DNA of 20,343 bases. Source: Candidatus Diapherotrites archaeon CG10_big_fil_rev_8_21_14_0_10_31_34. GTDB taxonomy: Archaea; Iainarchaeota; Iainarchaeia; Iainarchaeales; 1-14-0-10-31-34. Both the position numbers and the translations under genes were made by a program. The notes beneath the pieces are model-generated. The model worked only from the letters and a program-made list of their open reading frames with translations, was not told the origin of the DNA and did not search any database. The first letter of the stretch is position 1. Every line of letters begins with the position of its first letter. This document shows, piece after piece, positions 1 through 8,553 of the stretch. Location of the stretch: assembly GCA_002763225.1 (NCBI GenBank), contig PFAI01000003.1, forward strand, positions 1-20,343, read 5' to 3'.

Positions 1-2
1 GT

Positions 3-281
3 ATTGAAGAATCAGGATTAAAAGGAAAACCCAAATCAATTGAATCGATTTTAGTTCATGACGTAAATTTATTGGATGAAATAAGTTCTATTGGATTGAT
101 TAAAGAATCAGTTTTATTTAATCAAAAAAAGATTTCTTTGAAACAGTTTTTGAATGAACTTAAAACCAAGTCAATTTTGTTTAATCAGGCTTTTTTTTCT
201 GTTAAAGCAAAAAAAGAAGCAGAAAAAGGAATTTCTCTTTTTGTTTCTTTTGTCGAATCCCTTGAAAATAATCTAAAATGA
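3..281 (+). CDS. C-terminal part of an HD-domain (metal-dependent phosphohydrolase-like) protein, 5'-truncated by the window edge
   Basis: Frame is open from base 3: IEESGLKGKPKSIESILVHDVNLLDEISSIGLIK. This resembles the HD-family C-terminal 'P.tlEa.iv.DAD.LD.lGaiG' segment, degenerate here. TGA at 279-281. Confidence 0.6.
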   Translation: MEESGLKGKPKSIESILVHDVNLLDEISSIGLIKESVLFNQKKISLKQFLNELKTKSILFNQAFFSVKAKKEAEKGISLFVSFVESLENNLK

Positions 282-2564
282 GTTAGTTTTCTTTTTTCTT
301 ATAAGAATATAGCTTACTGCAATTATTGCTGTTATAATTCCTGTGATTCCTGTTTCAGGCAAACTAACATCTCTTATTTGAGTTATAGTAAAAACAGTTC
401 TTCTATTGTTATTGTAAAGGTATTTGTTTGTTTCAGGGTGCTCAGAATAAAGAGGATCTAAAGGGTCAACTATTACATCAGCATAAATATAATATATTTT
501 GTATTCAGGCAAATCAACGGCATAAGATTGAATGAATTCTTTTATTGGTTCAACTGGATTCCCCTGAACATTCTTTGGAATCACTTGAGTTATTGGAGTA
601 AAACTCTTAACAACAGTTCCTTCTTTGTCGGTTATTTCAAAAGTCAAGGTTGCCTTAACGTCTTCTTCTATCTGGTTTAAGACAAAAGCGCTGAAGTTAA
701 TTGTTTCGCCTTTTTTTGGTGATATTGGTTCTGCCCTGATATCAAACAATGAAAGAACATCTCCATAATAAACATTTATTTGGCATGTATCTGTTCTTAC
801 TTTTCCTTTATTGTCTTTTACCTGTAATGTTACAGTTTTTTGACCGTATTCTTTAAAATAATGAGAGATGTCTTTTGTTGTGTTCCAAGGAGTATTATAA
901 TTTACTCCGTCTGAGTCATCCCAATCCCATCTTACTTGCAAGTTTTCTGTTGGGGTCTGGTCATCTGAACTGTATTTTGCAGTGAATTCAAATCTTGTTT
1001 GAAAGTCTCCTTCTATTGGGTTTGCTTTGCACCATGCTTTTGGGGGGGCATTTGGGCCTGGCCTGGAAGAACAGTTATCACTCCAGTAAACCATCCAAAT
1101 CTGTTCTTTTCCGCTTGTGCCAAGTTTTTGTCCCCATGCAATATAAGGGTTTCCTTGAAAATTCAATCTAATATTTGGATATAAAGCATCTTGTATCTCT
1201 GAAAGATTTTCTGGCCAGACAGGGTTTCCTAATTCTTTCCATGCGTTGCTTTCAGAATCCCATTCTTTGTAATAAATTCTTTTTTTGTTAGAAGGCGCAG
1301 GCATTGTTTCAGCCCAAACAATTTTTGGGTTTGCATCCTTGTCAACTGCAATTGAAGGATATAATGAGTCTTTTTCGCTGTTGCTAATGTTTGCTTGTGT
1401 GGGAGTTCCTCCGGCAGGTTTTGTATTCCAGTTTCCGCTATCAAGCATTTTATAATAAATTTCTGTGTTGCTTGCAATTGTTTTTGATTCATAACTAACA
1501 TGAAGTCCTGCATCATTATCTGCAACACTAAAAGGATGGCTTGATTTTTGCTGGTCAACTTGATCTGGTGTGCTCCAAGTTGTTGAGTTGCCAACATCTT
1601 TTTGTGTGTGAACCAGTTTTTCGTCTGCTTTATTTTTCCATAAAATATGAATTGTATCCGGTGCGCAGGTTCCGCAGTCGCCACAGCAACTGGATGCAGT
1701 TTCACCTGGGTTGCATCCTGCTGCAATATTTTCGCAGACTCCATTACCACACACTCCATAACAAGGATCAGGAACTACTTCAAATTTAATTACACCTATT
1801 TTTTGCATTAAAGCTGAAAGTCTCATATCAATTGGTTTGCTTGGAACATTAGGTACTTTTTTTTTGTCTATAGTAATATAAATCGGATTAATTCTTCCTG
1901 TTCCTGTTTCATTTGCAGTTTCTCCTATGATTTCTGGGCTTTTCCACCCTGAACCATAATTTACTGTATAATAAACTTTTCTTGTTCCTCCACTTTCATA
2001 AAAAAATATTGTGTGAGGATGGCCATCTGAGTCAAGTGCAATAAAAGGAAATTTTGCGTTGTTTTTTGTTACAGAATTTAATTCATCTAATGAAATTGGC
2101 GCACTCCAGGGCTGACCAAATCCTTCTGAATGAGAATAATAAACTTTCAGTCCTGTTGAAGAATCAGTGCTCCAAACTAAATGCATTTCTCCGTTTCTTA
2201 TGTCAATTGCAAGAATTGGATTGTTTGCTTTGTCGGTTTCTGTTTCACTGCTTATCATTACAGGCGGATTCCATTTAGTTCCATTCCAGTAAGTGAAAAA
2301 AATTCTTGTCCAATTGCTTCCTGTTTTTTGGCCAACATAAGTAATATATGGAACGTCTTCAAACACTACAATTGAAGGGCTTTCACTCCAATTGTTTGGT
2401 TGGTCGTAATCAGGTATTAATAAATCTACTGTAATGTCTGGTTTATGATCTGGTCTTAGAGGGCTTGCAGGACACCATTCAGCACTAACATTTGAAACAA
2501 AAACAATTACTGCAAGAAAAACAAGTAAACCAAAAATTTTCTTTTTGTTTTCTTTCATCTTCAT
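273..2564 (-). CDS. Secreted, C-terminally anchored surface protein: signal peptide, ~7-blade beta-propeller with a Cys-rich insert, PKD domain, Ig/CARDB-like domain, LPETG-TM-RKKK tail
   Basis: N-terminal KKK plus hydrophobic stretch ending VSA|E. Seven repeats of 'P.ia.d..g..hi.w'. PKD-like 'NAPPKA...FEFTAKYSSDD...VRWDWDD...G.KTVTLQVKD'. Many N-X-S/T sequons. Ends VSLPETGITGIITAIIAVSYILIRKKK. Confidence 0.85.
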   Translation of the reverse strand: MKMKENKKKIFGLLVFLAVIVFVSNVSAEWCPASPLRPDHKPDITVDLLIPDYDQPNNWSESPSIVVFEDVPYITYVGQKTGSNWTRIFFTYWNGTKWNPPVMISSETETDKANNPILAIDIRNGEMHLVWSTDSSTGLKVYYSHSEGFGQPWSAPISLDELNSVTKNNAKFPFIALDSDGHPHTIFFYESGGTRKVYYTVNYGSGWKSPEIIGETANETGTGRINPIYITIDKKKVPNVPSKPIDMRLSALMQKIGVIKFEVVPDPCYGVCGNGVCENIAAGCNPGETASSCCGDCGTCAPDTIHILWKNKADEKLVHTQKDVGNSTTWSTPDQVDQQKSSHPFSVADNDAGLHVSYESKTIASNTEIYYKMLDSGNWNTKPAGGTPTQANISNSEKDSLYPSIAVDKDANPKIVWAETMPAPSNKKRIYYKEWDSESNAWKELGNPVWPENLSEIQDALYPNIRLNFQGNPYIAWGQKLGTSGKEQIWMVYWSDNCSSRPGPNAPPKAWCKANPIEGDFQTRFEFTAKYSSDDQTPTENLQVRWDWDDSDGVNYNTPWNTTKDISHYFKEYGQKTVTLQVKDNKGKVRTDTCQINVYYGDVLSLFDIRAEPISPKKGETINFSAFVLNQIEEDVKATLTFEITDKEGTVVKSFTPITQVIPKNVQGNPVEPIKEFIQSYAVDLPEYKIYYIYADVIVDPLDPLYSEHPETNKYLYNNNRRTVFTITQIRDVSLPETGITGIITAIIAVSYILIRKKKTNSF

Positions 2565-2672
2565 TAATTATAATTATAGTTATTTATAATTGTTTTGTAT
2601 TTTCTTTTTCATGCAGTTTTTTTTTAAAAGTTGTCATTAACTCTTTAAACCTTTTCAACCAATTCTTTTTCT

Positions 2673-4889
2673 ATGATTAATCTGTCTAATCCCCAAAAAA
2701 AAATAGTGGAATTAAGAGTTTATGATACTGACCCAAGTCATGTTGGAAGAGGAATAATTACTTTAGATAGGCAATCCAAAGAACATTTAGGGGTTACTTC
2801 TGGGGATATAGTTGAATTAGAGGCAAACAAGAAAACTGCTGCAATAATCTGGCCTGCAAAATCAACTGACGAAGGGCAAGGCATTATTAGAATGGATTCT
2901 TTAATCAGACATTCTTGTGGAGCATCTTTAGGAGAAAAAGTTAAAGTCTCTAAAGCAGTTTATAGTGAAGCAAAAAAAGTCACTTTGGCGCCAACACAAG
3001 AAGTTAGAATTATTGCTTCTGGTTATGACAGAATTCTAAAAAAAAGTTTTATTGGTCGTCCATTAAATAAAGGAGATAATGTCTGGATTTCAGTTTTTGG
3101 TTCAGGTTTTATTTATACTGTTGTAGACACTAATCCAAAAGGGATAGTTAAAGTAAATGATTCAACTCAATTTGTTTTAAGAGAAGAACCTGCAAAAGAA
3201 GCCTTGCAAGGAGTCCCAAGCATTACTTATGATGCTGTAGGAGGCTTGGATGAACAAGTAAGAAAAGTAAGGGAAATGATTGAACTGCCTTTGCTTCATC
3301 CTGAATTATTCACTAAACTGGGAATTAATCCTCCTAAAGGAGTTTTATTGCATGGCCCTCCTGGAACAGGAAAAACTTTGCTGGCAAAAGCAGTTGCAAA
3401 TGAAACTCAGGCTCATTTTATTTCTGTTTCTGCTCCAAGCATTATGAGCAAGTTTGTCGGGGAAGCAGAAGAAAGAATAAGACAAATTTTTAAGGACGCA
3501 GAAGAAAATTCGCCTAGCATTATTTTTATTGATGAAATTGATTCTATTGCTCCAAAAAGAGAAGAAGTAATCGGAGAAGTTGAAAGAAGAGTTGTAGCTC
3601 AATTACTTTCTGCAATGGATGGAATGGAAGCAAGAGGAAATGTAATTGTTATTGCAGCAACAAACAGAGTTAATTCTTTAGATGAAGCTTTAAGACGCCC
3701 TGGAAGATTTGACAGGGAAATCGAAATTGGTGTTCCAGATAAAAAAGGAAGAAAAAACATTTTGCAGATTCATACAAGAGGAATGCCTTTAACCCCTAAA
3801 GAAAAACTCAATGGAGTTGATTTAGATGCACTTGCAAATAAAACTCATGGTTTTGTCGGAGCAGATTTGGAGGCATTAGCAAAAGAAAGTGCAATGAAAG
3901 CCTTGAGAAGATATCTTCCTGACATTAATTTAGAAGATGAAAAAATTGATGCAAAACTTTTAGAAAAAATGGAAGTAAACAAACAAGATTTTGAGGATGC
4001 TTTAAAAGAAGCCCAGCCTTCTGCTTTAAGAGAAGTTTTGGTTGAAGTTCCAAATGTTAAATGGGAAGACATTGGTTCTTTAGAAGAAATAAAAGAAGAA
4101 TTAAAACAAGTAGTTGACTGTCCTTTAAAGCATAAAGAAGCATTTGACAAAATGGGAATAACTGCGCCTAGAGGGGTCTTTTTATATGGTGCTCCTGGAA
4201 CAGGAAAAACTCTTTTAGCTAAGGCAGTTGCAACTGAATCAGGTAAAAATTTTATTTCAATTAAAGGTCCTGAACTAATATCTAAATGGGTTGGAGAAAC
4301 AGAAAGGGGAATAAGAAAAATTTTTAAGAAAGCAAGACAAGTTTCTCCTGTAATAGTTTTTTTTGATGAAATTGATTCTTTGGCAAGTTCGAGCAGGGAT
4401 GGTTTTGAATCTGGCACTCAATCAGTTACTAGAAGTGCACTAAATCAGTTACTAACTGAATTAGATGGAATAGAAGAATTAAAGGATGTTATTTTTATTG
4501 CTGCAACTAACAGACCTGATTTAATTGATTCAAGTTTATTAAGGCCAGGAAGAATTGATAAAATGATTTTGGTTCCTGCTCCAGATGAAAAAGCAAGAAA
4601 AGAAATATTTAAAATTCATTTAAAAAAGATTCCAAAGGAAAAAGAAGTAAATATTGAAGAACTCGCAAAAAAAACTGAGGGATTTAGCGGAGCAGACATT
4701 GAAGGTCTGGTTAGAGAAACTGTTTTGATTGCTTTAAAAGAAAGTAATATGGAAAAGAATAATATTAGAATGAAACACTTTGAACAAGCATTAAAGAAAA
4801 CTAAACCTTCAATTTCAAAAGAAACAATTGAAGCATACGAAGAATTCTCAGAACATTACTCTGTTTTTAAGCCAAGCTATGTTGAGTGA
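2673..4889 (+). CDS. cdc48: CDC48/VCP (VAT) family AAA+ ATPase
   Basis: N-domain plus two AAA modules: GPPGTGKT / IIFIDEID / [11 protein letters not shown] and GAPGTGKT / VFFDEID / [12 protein letters not shown]-like TTTAAA at 2644-2649. Confidence 0.97.
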   Translation: MINLSNPQKKIVELRVYDTDPSHVGRGIITLDRQSKEHLGVTSGDIVELEANKKTAAIIWPAKSTDEGQGIIRMDSLIRHSCGASLGEKVKVSKAVYSEAKKVTLAPTQEVRIIASGYDRILKKSFIGRPLNKGDNVWISVFGSGFIYTVVDTNPKGIVKVNDSTQFVLREEPAKEALQGVPSITYDAVGGLDEQVRKVREMIELPLLHPELFTKLGINPPKGVLLHGPPGTGKTLLAKAVANETQAHFISVSAPSIMSKFVGEAEERIRQIFKDAEENSPSIIFIDEIDSIAPKREEVIGEVERRVVAQLLSAMDGMEARGNVIVIAATNRVNSLDEALRRPGRFDREIEIGVPDKKGRKNILQIHTRGMPLTPKEKLNGVDLDALANKTHGFVGADLEALAKESAMKALRRYLPDINLEDEKIDAKLLEKMEVNKQDFEDALKEAQPSALREVLVEVPNVKWEDIGSLEEIKEELKQVVDCPLKHKEAFDKMGITAPRGVFLYGAPGTGKTLLAKAVATESGKNFISIKGPELISKWVGETERGIRKIFKKARQVSPVIVFFDEIDSLASSSRDGFESGTQSVTRSALNQLLTELDGIEELKDVIFIAATNRPDLIDSSLLRPGRIDKMILVPAPDEKARKEIFKIHLKKIPKEKEVNIEELAKKTEGFSGADIEGLVRETVLIALKESNMEKNNIRMKHFEQALKKTKPSISKETIEAYEEFSEHYSVFKPSYVE

Positions 4890-4916
4890 ATTTAAGTTAA
4901 ACTATTTTGACTAATT

Positions 4917-5624
4917 TTAGAAAAACCAGCCGTACATGACTAATCTCAAAGAAAAATACCAGTAAGCAAGTGGAATAAATAAGATCCCCCAAACTATTGG
5001 ATTCCATTCCATAACTTTTTTTCCATCTAAAATCCAAAAAGGTAATAAATTAAAGCCTGCTAAAAAGAAATTAATTGAATAACCTAAATAACAAATTAAA
5101 GTAGCAACAAATTGGAAATTTGTTAATGAAGGTACAACAGTAAAAAATAAACCCAAAAAAATCAATCCTAAACTAATGTTAATTACTACTCCTGCAACAG
5201 AAATTAATCCTAGTTCATTCATTCCGTTTTTTTTGTATTCAGGATATTCTTTATCCCATCTGGTTTGTTCTTCCCAGCTTTTTTTTTGTTTTTTTGCTCC
5301 AATATAAACTGCTCCTGGTGCAGCAAAAATTGCTCCAACAAGAGCCGCAGCACCTAAAGCAAGTTTTAATCCAAAATCCCATTTTCTGAATTCAGCATGA
5401 TAATTAAAATGCCTTGCAACATTTCTATGCCCTAATTCATGTAAAATAAATGATGTTCCTAAAACAAAAAAGGAAATTGGAAGCATTATAATAAAAGTTA
5501 AAAAATTTGGAAGAAACCCCAAAGCAATTATTCCTAACAAGTTAAACCCGCTGAGCGCTAAAGCAAAAGCTATACTTAAAACAGCCCAGGATATTGCAAT
5601 ATCTTTTGTCTCTCTTGAAACCAT
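4917..5624 (-). CDS. M50 family (site-2 protease) intramembrane zinc metalloprotease
   Basis: HELGH zinc motif in a hydrophobic segment, APGAV motif, FNLLPFWILDG third-ligand motif, several TM helices. Confidence 0.93.
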   Translation of the reverse strand: MVSRETKDIAISWAVLSIAFALALSGFNLLGIIALGFLPNFLTFIIMLPISFFVLGTSFILHELGHRNVARHFNYHAEFRKWDFGLKLALGAAALVGAIFAAPGAVYIGAKKQKKSWEEQTRWDKEYPEYKKNGMNELGLISVAGVVINISLGLIFLGLFFTVVPSLTNFQFVATLICYLGYSINFFLAGFNLLPFWILDGKKVMEWNPIVWGILFIPLAYWYFSLRLVMYGWFF

Positions 5625-5702
5625 TTAAAACACAAAATTAGATTTTATAGATAACTTAACCAAGTAAAGCAATAAAACCATTTGCATTTGATTAGTTTTT
5701 TT

Positions 5703-5732
5703 CGTTGATTAACGTGAGAAATTCTTTTTATT
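5703..5732 (+). promoter_or_regulatory. Promoter of the + strand pilin operon: pseudo-palindrome CGTTGATTAACG (5703-5714), BRE-like GAAA, TATA-like TTTTTATT (5725-5732)
   Basis: Box lies at -52..-41 and TATA at -30..-23 from ATG 5755. The same layout occurs upstream of ATG 9113. Confidence 0.6.
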
Positions 5733-5754
5733 TCTTTCCAAAGCCTTTTCAGGT

Positions 5755-5922
5755 ATGGAAAATAAAGCTCAAGTGTCAGTTGAACTAATTGTATTGCTTG
5801 CAGCAGTGGTTGCAGTTGCATTAGTTCTTGTCAGCCAGCTGCAAAAAACAGGAACAAAAGGAGCAGAAGTAATAGACAAAAAAACAGAAAAAATCTTTGA
5901 TGAAATCAGTGACATTAAATGA
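5755..5922 (+). CDS. 55-aa class III signal peptide protein (minimal type IV pilin-like), absent from the ORF track
   Basis: Translated by hand: MENKA|QVSVELIVLLAAVVAVALVLVSQLQKTGTKGAEVIDKKTEKIFDEISDIK*. It has a KA|Q cleavage site, a QXSXEXXXL motif and a 20-aa hydrophobic helix. ATGA overlap with the next gene at 5919-5922. Confidence 0.9.
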   Translation: MENKAQVSVELIVLLAAVVAVALVLVSQLQKTGTKGAEVIDKKTEKIFDEISDIK

Positions 5923-6338
5923 AATCAAAAGGACAAGTGTCTTTGGAATTAATTTTAGTAATGTCAGTTTTTTTCTCTGTATTGCTTTTATTTATTCCTT
6001 TAATTTCAAAAACATTTTTTTTAGGGAGTTATGTTTTGGATGTTTCAAGAGCAAAATCTTTTTCTGATTCACTTGAAATTTCAGTAAGAGAACTGAATTC
6101 AATGAGCAAAGATTCAAAAATAACTTTAACTGCAAATCCTTTGCTTGAATGGAAAATAAAGTCAGAAGAACAACAAACAACAATAACTGTTTTACTGAAA
6201 AAATATGCTAAAGAAAAGCCTTTTACTTCAAACACATTTAATTTAATTCCTTTTTCTGAACTTGAAATAACCAAAAAAACAGTTTTTGTTTTAACTAAAA
6301 CAGATAAAGGGGTTTTAGCTGAAATTCAAAAAGCTTAA
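5919..6338 (+). CDS. Class III signal peptide protein (type IV pilin-like, 139 aa)
   Basis: MKSKG|QVSLELILVMSVFFSVLLLFIPLI, with E at +5 and a hydrophobic helix. Confidence 0.88.
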   Translation: MKSKGQVSLELILVMSVFFSVLLLFIPLISKTFFLGSYVLDVSRAKSFSDSLEISVRELNSMSKDSKITLTANPLLEWKIKSEEQQTTITVLLKKYAKEKPFTSNTFNLIPFSELEITKKTVFVLTKTDKGVLAEIQKA

Positions 6339-6362
6339 ATTTTAAAACCAAGCAATTCTATT

Positions 6363-7445
6363 ATGACAGTTTTATTAGATGGCTTTGATATTGGAAGAAT
6401 TACATTTGATTTTTTTCAAGGATCAGAAATAAATTTTTTTTCCATGCCTAGAGAAAAACCTTTTTTGAATTCTTCAAGATATTGTTTTCCTTATCCTTTT
6501 TATCCTTTTATTAATTTTGTTTTTTACCCAAAAAAATTCCTTGAAAAAAACAACATAAACTTGATTTACTCTTTCAAGGTTTTTCCTTTAAATAAACTTC
6601 CATGGATTGCAGATGTAGAAGAAATTCATTACATTAATGCTTTTTGCACCAGATTTCCAAATTCAATGAACTCTATTGGGTTAAGTTTAATTAAAAAAGG
6701 ATTAAAATCAGATTACTGCAAAAAAATAGTTTGTTTAAGTGAGTATTCAAAAAAAACAGTGGAATCATTTGGGGGAAAAAAGTTAGCCGAAAAAACAATT
6801 GTGTCTTTCCCTATATCAAAACCAGTTAAATCAAAAAACAAAAAACAAAAAGAAAAAATTTCACTGCTTTTTGTTGCAACTAACCCGAATTACAAGGGAA
6901 CAGAATTTGTTTTTTCTGCCTTTAATGAACTAACTAAAAAATATGATGTTGAATTAAACTGTTTCGGGAATTTTCCTGAAGAAACAATTAAACAGTTTCC
7001 TGAAATAAATTTTAATTTGGTTTCGTCAACTGAATTCAAAGAAAAAGTTTTGCCTAACCAAGACATTCTTTTAATGCCTTCTTTAATGGAGTCATTTGGT
7101 TTTACTGCATTACAGGCTTTATCTAATTCAATTCCAGTTATCTCTTCTGATATAATGGCTTTGCCTGAAATAAACCATGAAAACAAAACAGGTTTTTTAA
7201 TTAAATTTCCTGAATGGTATCATAAAAAACTTTTTTTTAATCCATTTCTTTTTTCCAGAGAATCAGTTAAATTAAATAAAAAAGAAATAATCAGTCAGTT
7301 AATAGAAAAAACTTCTTTGTTAATTGAAGATTCTTCTCTAAGAAAACAGTTTGGGAGAAACGGCTTAAGTGAAGTTGAAAAAGGAAAGTTTTCAGTTAAG
7401 TTCAAGCAAAAACAAATGAAAGAATTGTTTGGTGAATTAACTTAA
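6363..7445 (+). CDS. Glycosyltransferase family 4 (GT-B fold)
   Basis: LLFVA....KG motif, DILLMPSLMESFGFTALQALSNSIPVISSD, 'EINHENKTGFLI', 'LRKQFGRNG...FS'. Confidence 0.92.
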   Translation: MTVLLDGFDIGRITFDFFQGSEINFFSMPREKPFLNSSRYCFPYPFYPFINFVFYPKKFLEKNNINLIYSFKVFPLNKLPWIADVEEIHYINAFCTRFPNSMNSIGLSLIKKGLKSDYCKKIVCLSEYSKKTVESFGGKKLAEKTIVSFPISKPVKSKNKKQKEKISLLFVATNPNYKGTEFVFSAFNELTKKYDVELNCFGNFPEETIKQFPEINFNLVSSTEFKEKVLPNQDILLMPSLMESFGFTALQALSNSIPVISSDIMALPEINHENKTGFLIKFPEWYHKKLFFNPFLFSRESVKLNKKEIISQLIEKTSLLIEDSSLRKQFGRNGLSEVEKGKFSVKFKQKQMKELFGELT

Positions 7446-7801
7446 ATAAAAACTTTAACTGAAATTTCTTTTACTTGCTCTTTTTCAAAATAAAATCCAT
7501 TGGTTTTCAGTTCATTTAATCCTTTTTCTCCGTTAATTTCAATTTTTTTTTCTTTAACTATAATTTCTCCTTTTTGAAAAAGAAACATTTTTTTGAAATC
7601 TTCTTTCATTTCTTTTTCATCAAATTTTTTTGTTTTAATCCAGACTTTAATTAAATCATTTTCTTTTTGCAAAACATAAATTTTTTCTAAATCAGCTGAG
7701 TTTTTTTCAATTGGAACAGAAATAACTGCAATTAAAATCATTAAACTGATTAAAGCCTCTAAAGTGAAATTAAATCCTTTTTCTTTAATTGCATGAGACA
7801 A
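7442..7801 (-). CDS. Class III signal peptide-like (pilin-like) protein; TTG start could be 7810, 7804 or 7801
   Basis: KEKG|FNFTLEALISLMILIAVISV. GGAG at 7814-7811 upstream of the TTG codons. Overlaps the upstream gene. Its stop shares TTAA 7442-7445 with the convergent GT4 stop. Confidence 0.75.
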   Translation of the reverse strand: MSHAIKEKGFNFTLEALISLMILIAVISVPIEKNSADLEKIYVLQKENDLIKVWIKTKKFDEKEMKEDFKKMFLFQKGEIIVKEKKIEINGEKGLNELKTNGFYFEKEQVKEISVKVFI

Positions 7802-8234
7802 CAAAAACAACTCCTGTTTCTCCTGTTTGATGAATTAAAACAAATCTTCTTGCTTCAAAACAATCTGCTTTTTTTTCTCCAACAACTATCAGTTTTTCTC
7901 CTGCTGACTCAATTCTGATTTGCTTTAATTTTTCCGGAAAATTCTTTTCGTTTAATTTTTCAGCTAAACTTAAATCAATTACATTTTCTTCTATTCTTTT
8001 TTTTTCAGGGTTATAAAAAGCAATTCCTTTTTCTGGTTCCAGCTCATTACAATTTTTTATCAGCGAGTCTGCAAAAAACAAGGCTTTTGATTTCAAGTAA
8101 TTTAATTCTTTTTCTTTTTCTTCTGTTATTATCTGGTTTAATGAATTAAACATTAAATAAATCATAAATAATAAGACAAACAATGAAATCATTGTGTCTG
8201 ATTCAATTATTCCTTTACTTGTAATGTTCTTCAA
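7785..8234 (-). CDS. Class III signal peptide-like (pilin-like) protein, 149 aa
   Basis: SKG|IIESDTMISLFVLLFMIYLMF with an acidic residue at +5. Single N-terminal TM. Overlaps both neighbours. Confidence 0.75.
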   Translation of the reverse strand: MKNITSKGIIESDTMISLFVLLFMIYLMFNSLNQIITEEKEKELNYLKSKALFFADSLIKNCNELEPEKGIAFYNPEKKRIEENVIDLSLAEKLNEKNFPEKLKQIRIESAGEKLIVVGEKKADCFEARRFVLIHQTGETGVVFVVSCN

Positions 8235-8553
8235 CCCCTATTCCAATTCCTTTATTTGAATTAGTGATATTTTCTGTTAAAGTTTTTTCTTCTGCTTTTT
8301 CTTTTCCTTTAATGCTTTTTATTTTTCCTTCTTCAAAAAAACAGTTTTCTTCTAATTTGATTTCTTCCCCTGAATTAGAGTAAATTGAATCTGCAATCAA
8401 AAAACATCTTGAAACACTTGATTTGGCCGAAAAAAGTTCTTTTTTTTCTTCCATTTTTTCATTTGCGTTTGAAAGAGAATTAATTAGCAATCCAATTAAT
8501 GCAAGGTATACAAGCAAAAAAATTATTGCTTCAAAATTAATTATTCCTTTTAT
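8215..8553 (-). CDS. Class III signal peptide (pilin-like) protein; probable non-canonical ATA start at 8553 (track start is TTG 8517)
   Basis: In-frame upstream of 8517 the sequence reads ATA AAA GGA ATA ATT AAT TTT GAA GCA, giving (M)KG|IINFEAIIFLLVYLALIGLLI with E at +5. GGTGA lies 4 nt upstream of the ATA. Confidence 0.75.
   Translation of the reverse strand: MKGIINFEAIIFLLVYLALIGLLINSLSNANEKMEEKKELFSAKSSVSRCFLIADSIYSNSGEEIKLEENCFFEEGKIKSIKGKEKAEEKTLTENITNSNKGIGIGVEEHYK

Noticed and set aside
7760..7795. ATG at 7795 as the start of the last pilin-like gene, implying a frameshift
   Set aside because: That frame stops after 11 codons. In-frame TTG codons with an upstream GGAG explain the start without a frameshift.
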